This document shows, in pieces, positions 46,823 to 64,000 of a stretch of DNA of 64,000 nt. This DNA comes from Chrysomallon squamiferum (Eukaryota > Animalia > Mollusca). Both the position numbers and the translations under genes were made by a program. The stretch lies in the NCBI GenBank assembly GCA_012295275.1, contig CM022667.1, forward strand, positions 8,122,001 through 8,186,000, given 5' to 3'. Below the pieces are notes generated by a model, which had not been told where the DNA came from, did not search any database, and saw only the letters and a list, made by a program, of their open reading frames with translations. Position 1 is the first letter of the stretch. The number at the start of each line of letters is the position of its first letter.

Positions 46823-49800
46823 GACACACATTCACAAATATTTTCAACATTTAGCATCCATGGACAATGAAAAATCAGTAAAATATTGTGTGTCTTGCAG
46901 TTAAGTTAAAAGTCTAGGTGAATTATGCTCTTAAAATTTGTTTCCTCTTTAAAGTGTCTTTTTGGGCATCCTCAATACTAACTTCTATGGTTTATACAGA
47001 TTGTAGAAAATCATTTTTAATTTTTTTTTTATTGTCACTTAGAATGCCTCACTTGTCATAATCCTGTTCAAACCGTGTTACTATTGTTAGTGTATAAAAG
47101 TGAAAACATATCTATATTACAATTATTATTTAATAATATTAATTATTTATTTATTATTTTGTTAGTATTAACACTGTTACTTTTTTTCTTTAGCTAAACC
47201 AGCAAAGAGGTTAATTTTTATATATCTGGCAAATGATGTCATCCAGAACAGTAAAAAGAAGGGTCCAGAATTGTCCAGAGATTTTGCTACAGTTTTGTCT
47301 GATGCTGTCAAATGCACTGGAAAGTTAGTTTTTTAAAAGTTGAATGTATGAATGTATGAATGTGTTATTAATGTTAATAAATGCAGATGCCATAAAACTA
47401 AACATTTTGTCATAACAGCTATTGAATAAATGCTTTTTTGCTGTTAAATAATTTTTCAGATTTCTGGGAAAATCTTGCCCACTGTTAACCAAAATTCTGG
47501 AAGAGTGTTTTGATTTTGAAGACTATAAACTTTTATGGTGTACCAACCTAACTAAGGCAATACAACTGTTTTTAACTAACTCAAGCATTTGCATTTTTTG
47601 ATTTTTTTAAATTATAATTATTATTATTATTATTTTTTACTTACTCTTCATTTAGACAACATGGTATGCTCACGGTATCTTGATGGATGCTAACACTAGC
47701 CAATTATAACTGGTTTATTTTAAATTAATTTACAAATATAATTTTCGGTTATTTACATGTATGTATAATTTCATGAGTAATTATTAACAATATGTATTGT
47801 AAACATTTTCTGGCATGGCAGAAATTCAGATGAAAAGATGAAGGAGAGGGTTGGACGTGTTCTAGGAATCTGGCTTGAGAGGGGAGTTTACGACAGAGAA
47901 TTTGTACGAGGACTGAAGCGAGATTTGGGTAAACTTCAGTTTTCATTACTTAAGAAAATAAATATATATTATAATTTGTTTGTAACAGAGCTAAAGTTTT
48001 GAACGTTGAACACAGTTATGTTATAATTTTAGTTAAGTTACAAATAATGGCCATTAAACTGCGTGTTAGTTAATGTGCTCTGCTGTGCTACCCATTATGT
48101 GTAATATTCAAAATAATACTAATAAACATGCATTCAGTGTGTAAAGATCATAAATATTTAATTAAAATATGGTACATTACATTTATAAAACTATTTAATG
48201 GGTAATGTCAGGGTGTTTTGAGAAGTTACAGTAGGTCTGAACTCTGCATCTTGTTTTAGAATCTCCCATTCCTGAACCGGTTCCTCCCAAGAAGAAAAAG
48301 CAAGATCAGTTTATGACTTTGAGAGAAGAAGTGGATGCAATGGAAGGAGTGTTTGACCCGCCACATGTAAGCAACTTTTTGAAATATGAAAAAAAAATGA
48401 TTATCCAAACTTGTTTTATAATCTGATGCTTTAATACTTAAATCAGTCTTTGCAACAAGTTCATGTTAATTAAATGTAAAGCTAGTTTGTGTCAATTCTT
48501 ACCAGTATTTGGTGATGGTAAAATGAAGCTTGTGTACTTATATATTAATTACAAACCCTAGTTAATTATCTTTCTTTAAAGTAAAGATACATCTTTGACC
48601 TGATTTTTTTATTTATGCATTTTTAATTTTTCAAATAATTATTTCTCCTAGTAAAATGAATTTTACAAAAGTAGTAATATTTTTATAATTATTTTGTTTT
48701 CAGGCTGAGGAGCTGGTAAAGCGTCTCTGTGATTTGGAGACATCGGCATCCAGCGACGCTGCTGTGCGTGAGAAGATAGCAGCGTTGCCACCAGAGGTCT
48801 CTGACATATCTCACCTTGAAAAAATAGCAGGTAATAACTAATAACTATTTTACATTTCTAGCATAAGTTATATGTTTAAATTGAGTTCTACTGAAGTGTA
48901 GGAATTTATACTAAATCTGAAAATTTAATGTCAAACATATGAAAATATCTGACTGCACTGTAATATTAGTTCCATAAATATTTTGTTTTGTTGCATGTGG
49001 AACTGATAAAAATTAACAAAGCCATGTTTCTGAAAAGGATGGTCACCATAACAAGAAAAGAATAAAAATAATTTTAGATACTTTTCAGTTTCTTTTCAAT
49101 GACATCTCAACAGTTTATTAATGTTAGACATATTTATTGTTGTTACGGATAATGTGACAATTAATCCCTTGGGCTTTCCACATGTTAGTTTTATTACCAG
49201 CTGAACTTTTTATGAACCATTCATAGTTAGAATGGAAAATAGTTTAAGAGTTACACTGATGTAGACTGATGATGTCACACTTCAGTTTTGATCCACAATG
49301 TAGTCCGTTTTGTTTAATTTCTCGTAGTTGTATTTTCAGACAAGGAGTCCGGTGTAAAACTGGGTAAACAAGTGGACAATGCTTGCCGTCTGCTCACAGA
49401 CTACAACCAGAGATTAGCTGACGAGTTGGAGGAGAGGAAGAAAGTAGCCAAAATGTTGAGAGAGTTCATCAAACAACAGAAAGGAGAGTTGCAGAAATCT
49501 GAAAGTCGTCTACATGTAATTCAGCTTTTTAATCTACTGTATTTAATTTTTTTCAATTACTTTATAATTAACTTTATTGTATTTAACTAAATAATTTAAT
49601 TTAATGTATTCTATTTAACTGAACTTCTCAATTTAATTTTATTTATCTGATATAAAATTACATTCCAGCTGCCTTGTTAACATAAAGGCTAGAATTGGGG
49701 GGAAATAATATTACTGAAGTTTTTCTGATTTAATAATAATTCTTTATCTGACTTAGCAGTGATTATATCTGTACAGTTGAGATAGTTAGAAGATTTGTCG

Positions 49801-50375
49801 AATTAGAATTGATAAATTTGTATCAGTTACTGTATTCCGAGGAGACTTGATATAACAAAACCAAGTTTAAAAACTGCAGTAAAATTGATTTACATTAAGA
49901 ACTGTTGTTTACTTCAAAACCCCAAAAGTGTTCAGTGAAAATAAACATAGTTAATCTAAATCTATTACAGGTTGAAGATAACTTATCTGAAATTCTGAAA
50001 TCCAAAAAGCTCCAAAATGTGAAATCTTTTCCAAGCAGCAGAAATAGTTACGGATTGTTTTGCTTATAGATTATTTAAATATTATTTTAAAATTCCTGCA
50101 GACCATTGCATACGGTGGAAATATAAATGGAATATTAGACTTTAAACTATCTCCTTAAGTTCAAAAATCCCAAATTTTCAAAATATGAAGAATCTAATTG
50201 TCACCTGTTATTTGTTGAATGTTTTCAGGAGTACCAGTCTAAGCTGTCAAAAGTTGCAGCTGTTCGCAATGAGCTGAAATCACATCTCCAAAACCTGCCT
50301 GATCTCACTTTGCTACCTGACGTCACCGGGGGGCTAGCACCCCTCCCCTCAGCCGGAGACTTGTTCAGTTTGTAA
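45765..50375 (+). CDS. RPRD1B: Regulation of nuclear pre-mRNA domain-containing protein 1 (CID + CREPT coiled-coil), 7 coding exons
   Basis: Exons 45765-45915, 47194-47323, 47822-47928, 48260-48366, 48704-48829, 49340-49515, 50229-50375. MSSFSD...QQSIQTLSLWLIHHRKH, YLANDVIQNSKKKG, SASSDAAVREKIAALPPEVSD, YNQRLADELEERK and LPDL...LAPLPSAGDLFS. RPRD1A versus 1B cannot be resolved. Confidence 0.95.
49968..50207. mobile_element. Degenerate Tigger-like (pogo/Tc1-mariner) MITE
   Basis: Begins ta|CAGGTTGA...CTTATCTGAAATTCTGAAATCCAAAAAGCTCCAAAAT, resembling my recollection of Tigger4/Zombi-type termini. Ends ...tcACCTG. Right TIR is eroded. Confidence 0.5.
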
Positions 50376-51592
50376 CATCGGCTTCTGATCAGAGAACAAG
50401 GTAAATGATTTATTTAGTTCTTTGCGTTAGTCTGTAGTTGTACTGGGAAGGGGAATTTAATTTATATGAAGGAAAATGGCAGTGTTTAATTTTTAAAAAA
50501 ATGAAAATTTTCATATGGTTAATAATGGGCTGGGTTAAAAAAGCATAACGTATATCAATTAATATTTTGGGATATATTTACAGTAAATTATCAAATTTTT
50601 GGACAAATTTTTAAAACCCAGAATTAGAAATGAAAATTTTTAAATCAATAAAAATCAGTTTTTGCTCCACAGGCTATGTTTATTTATAATGAATATTTAT
50701 TTTTTACGTGTTTATTTTTTGTTTCAGATATTCTGAATACTTGGGGGTGTTTTGCGTTATCTCTGGTCAGCAGATATCAAGTCATGTTTGTGCATATGTA
50801 TTTTTTTGTTTACTGTTTTCATACATACGAATATGCTTCTGTTCTAGTACTGTTAATCAGCATGTGGTTGGTGCATTAGATGGAGAACACATTAGTTGTT
50901 ATAATATTTCTTACACTTCCATTAAAAAAGTTTTGTTTTATTCTTACCACACAGCCAAATTCAGTGACAGAATCTTTTGGAAACAGAATTCATAACTCTT
51001 TATTTTTTTCTCTTCTAAGACAAGATTGTTAATGTTTTAGAAGAACTTGTTGGTTTTTGGTTTGTGAGTAATTTTTTTATTATTATTATTTATCAGCAGT
51101 TTCTAAGACTAAGAAGCCTGCCATTTAATATTTACCACTGTCAGTCAAATCAACCTATCACATGTTTTTTAATTACATCTAGTGTTGTCCGTTTTAAAAT
51201 ACAGCTGACAGGAATTAATATTTTGATTTTAAATTCTATTTCTAACTACTTTAACTTTATCAACTAAATTTTAAAGAACTTTTGTTGGAAACTACAGGTC
51301 TGTTGTGATGTGACTTTTGAGACAGTTAAAAATATACTCTAAGAATAATGGTTAGGAATTGGCCATCATTTCTTTAAATTATTCTTGATATCTTTCAGAA
51401 TGAATAGCTTTTTTGTGACTGGTGTGTCTTATTATTTTTATTATTATTTTTTTTTTTTTTTTTTGCATTAGTGTTTTGCCCCCCAAAATATATATTTCAG
51501 TATATATTTTACTCCTTTTTTTATATTATTATTATTTTTTTTTTTTTTTAAAACAAACAAAAAAACCATGAAAGTTTCATTTATGAACTGCT

Positions 51593-51650
<58 letters not shown>

Positions 51651-52220
51651 TTATTCACTATCTAGTCAGTTTGTGTTAACAATGTTTCATGATGTGAAGC
51701 ATTGTATCTAAAACTTTATCGTGAATTATATATATATATCATATAAACATTCTGACTCTTACACATGTGAAGTTACTCTTAAATCAAACACTCTTCTCTA
51801 TATTATGTAATCTTTGAAAATGACTTACTGTTTTGTAAACAAAATCAAAATGATAGTTCTATATTTTGTCATGCTGGTAAAATTGTTTTTTTAAAATTTT
51901 GTTATATATAGTTACCTTTTCGTTTAAAATAAATACCTTGAAACCATTAATTTAAATTGTATTGAAAAAACATTTTAAATTAAAAATCAAAATATTTTGA
52001 ATATTCATTTATTTTAAATTGAATGTTTTCCTCTTTCTCTCTCTTTTTTAAAATGTGGGATTTTTCTTCATTTATGTTAAAACTGGAACATATTATTAAA
52101 ACAGAAAAAGTACTGTTAATTTGGATTGTTTTTCACAAGTAATTATTTTTTTAATTCTTTAAAGTCATTATTTTTACTTCTTGTTAAATATTATGATTAT
52201 TATTGTTATTATTGTTATTA

Positions 52221-52263
<43 letters not shown>

Positions 52264-52765
52264 TTTTATTAAAAGAAATATCATTACTATTATTATTATT
52301 TTAACTATTAAAGAAGTAATACATGTTCCAGGATTTTTCAAAGCTTTGAGACGTTGAATAACAGATGATTTCATTTATTTACTTATTTATTTATTTTATG
52401 TTAACAAATAGAAATAATATTAAAATACTACTATTAAACTTAAAATTAAAAAAAGGATGCACACATAATTTTCATTACATTGTACCTATTTCTAGTCTTT
52501 TAATGTTCATTAAGTGTTAAATATAAATAATAAACAACCTCAAAAATTTGGTTTTCTCAAAACTGATTCCTGTGATTATAAACAGAACTTGTATTTGAAG
52601 CTGTAGTTACTTTTTTAATGATAATTTACATTTGTTTCTGTAACAGTAAATAATTTATTTGAACGAGAAAACTGTATTATTAAATAATAATTGTTGCTGT
52701 CTTTGAACTGAATAAAAACATTCCGTTGTTGTTATTCCTTCAGTTAACTTAGCTTTATTATCATG

Positions 52766-52825
<60 letters not shown>

Positions 52826-53916
52826 GTAAATCTTCGAGTACAAGTGATTTATAAAGTGTGTAAGAATGGCATTAATGAATGATTGGAGAATTGAATAATT
52901 GTGAAATTATTGATTAATGAATAATTAATGAGTGATATATTCAAAAGATTACTGTACAGAAATACTTGATATTGTACACTAGAATTAAGTTAAAGATTAT
53001 GTAGTAACTATATACAAGTTTACTTTTTTCAAAACAGTTCAGATAGTAATGGCAATTCACATCTTGTTTTGCTTGTGGAAATTAACAACATTGGGCTATT
53101 ATTAGTTTAATTAAATAATTCTGGTGGTTTATCCTTGCATTTCTGTTGATACATCTGTATATACTGCTCAATAAAATATACCAAATGTCTGTTTCTTGTT
53201 TCATTTTTCTGTGATCTCAGATGGTGAATGTAGTTCAGTGCTGGCTCCAGGCCCTCCTTCACATTGATCAGAATCTGTGGTGTGACTGCAGTCTGAGGGA
53301 AGGTGCATGTAACCCATCCCCTGCTGCTAACTGGATTTCATTTCTTGAATCTGATGGTACAGATGTATGTTACAAGACGACATCACTGAAAATGTTAAAC
53401 ATTTATTTTTGTACTTCATATGTCCATCATAACTTAAATGCACCAGTAGCTAAATTAGCATTCAAAAGAAAAAAAAATTGAGTTTTATTTTTTCAACAAG
53501 TAACAAGAATTTAGTGTCATGTGTTTGGGGTATTTTTTAATTTTATTGCAATGTGAATACACAGCTCAGTTGTACTATTTTCACAATATTAAAGTCATTT
53601 AGCTATTAGTTAAAAAAAAAATCAAACATTTTCAATTGTTTTAACTGATTTAACAAAACACATGAATTGATTTTCTAAATTTATTTATAAATTTATTGAT
53701 TTTTTTCAAATAATTCAGAATCTGTTTTTTGAACTGTGCAGAAATATCTCCAGTAAAAAAAAATGACTTAAAATAATGTTCATATAAACAGAAGTAAGAT
53801 GATATCTACTAAACTAATGTGAGCATTTCACAAGAACATTTCAAAACAAATGGTTTTGTAAAAAGAAAAAAAAAAAAAAAATAATAATGAAATAAAATAA
53901 AAAATGAATAAAGGAA

Positions 53917-53968
<52 letters not shown>

Positions 53969-54064
53969 CATAAATAAATAGATAAATATTAAAACAAAAG
54001 TGAAAATTTTTGCTTCCTCTTTTAAAAAAGAAACATATATCGGTTTTGGTAAATTATTTGTGAG

Positions 54065-54108
54065 ATGTTTATAGCTTTTTTAAATCATAAACGAGAAACT
54101 TACTGGAG
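54065..54108 (+). other. Putative upstream first exon of AARS1, in frame with the main CDS
   Basis: ATG 54065 to a strong donor GAG|GTAAGT (54108/54109). Splicing to aatag|54786 is in frame with ATG 54820. Confidence 0.5.
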
Positions 54109-54819
54109 GTAAGTGTTACAAAGAACAAATAATGTTAACACCGGGAAACACGTTTTCTCTTTTGTGAGTGCGACATCGTGTGTGCCGGAGATTTCGCTCG
54201 TTTATGTAATTTCCGTATCAGTTTGTTTTTCTTTATTTGTGAGAAATGCATACACTTTGAATACTCTTTAATATATATTAATTAACAAAACTTTGAAAAA
54301 TATGTAACTGAAGTAATAACAATTTATTTTCTAATAGCGAAAGTGATATATTTACTGATCTAGATTTGTAAACAATAACTGAATAAGCACATGTAAAGAT
54401 ACATATGACGAATACGTATTTTTGGAATAAAAGTACTTGCATATCGTTGCATCATTGATATGCATTTATAAAGTAAAGTGTGAAAAAATGAAAACACTTG
54501 TTAAATCTACTTGTGCTTTGCTAATCACTAAATCAGACCGTATTTAAACTGTTTGATTACTGTCAGTGGCACTATGACATACGTTCTCATTCATATTATA
54601 ACTAATATAAGTGTTCAGAAGTTTATTAAATCAGTATTACAATAAATAAGTTATCAAATTTTAAATTTTATTTATTATATCATTGATTATTTGTCAAAAA
54701 TATTAAATATAAAGGAAATGAAAATAAAAGTTTTATTTAAATATACTTTAATTTTTTATTAAATACATATATTTTTATTTAATAGAGAAATTAAAAGTCT
54801 CAGACCACCCTTTAAAAAT

Positions 54820-63972
<9,153 letters not shown>

Positions 63973-64000
63973 GTAAAGAGATGATTTTTATTTTGTTCCT

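Overview
AT-rich, microsatellite-dense, intron-rich animal DNA (invertebrate-like, possibly mollusc/lophotrochozoan; not proven). Splicing exons by hand gives seven protein-coding genes. These are two convergent 19-exon acyloxyacyl hydrolase (AOAH, LPS deacylase) paralogs (2011-11961 +; 13997-24620 -), a PIP4P/TMEM55 phosphatase (-), POLR2C (-), a NEK6/7-like pseudokinase nested antisense in POLR2C intron 4 (+), RPRD1 head-to-head with POLR2C (+), and AARS1 running off the right end (+). There are also two Tc1/mariner-type MITEs, several minisatellites and short dispersed repeats. Most notable: the intact AOAH duplication; the nested pseudokinase; tandem copies of a 3' splice site plus exon start upstream of real exons in three unrelated genes; and an upstream AARS1 exon that could add a mitochondrial-type presequence. 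Four reading-frame lesions, three of them in essential genes, look like uncorrected assembly indels. Most ORFs in the supplied track are microsatellite artefacts. No rRNA, tRNA or CRISPR features were seen.
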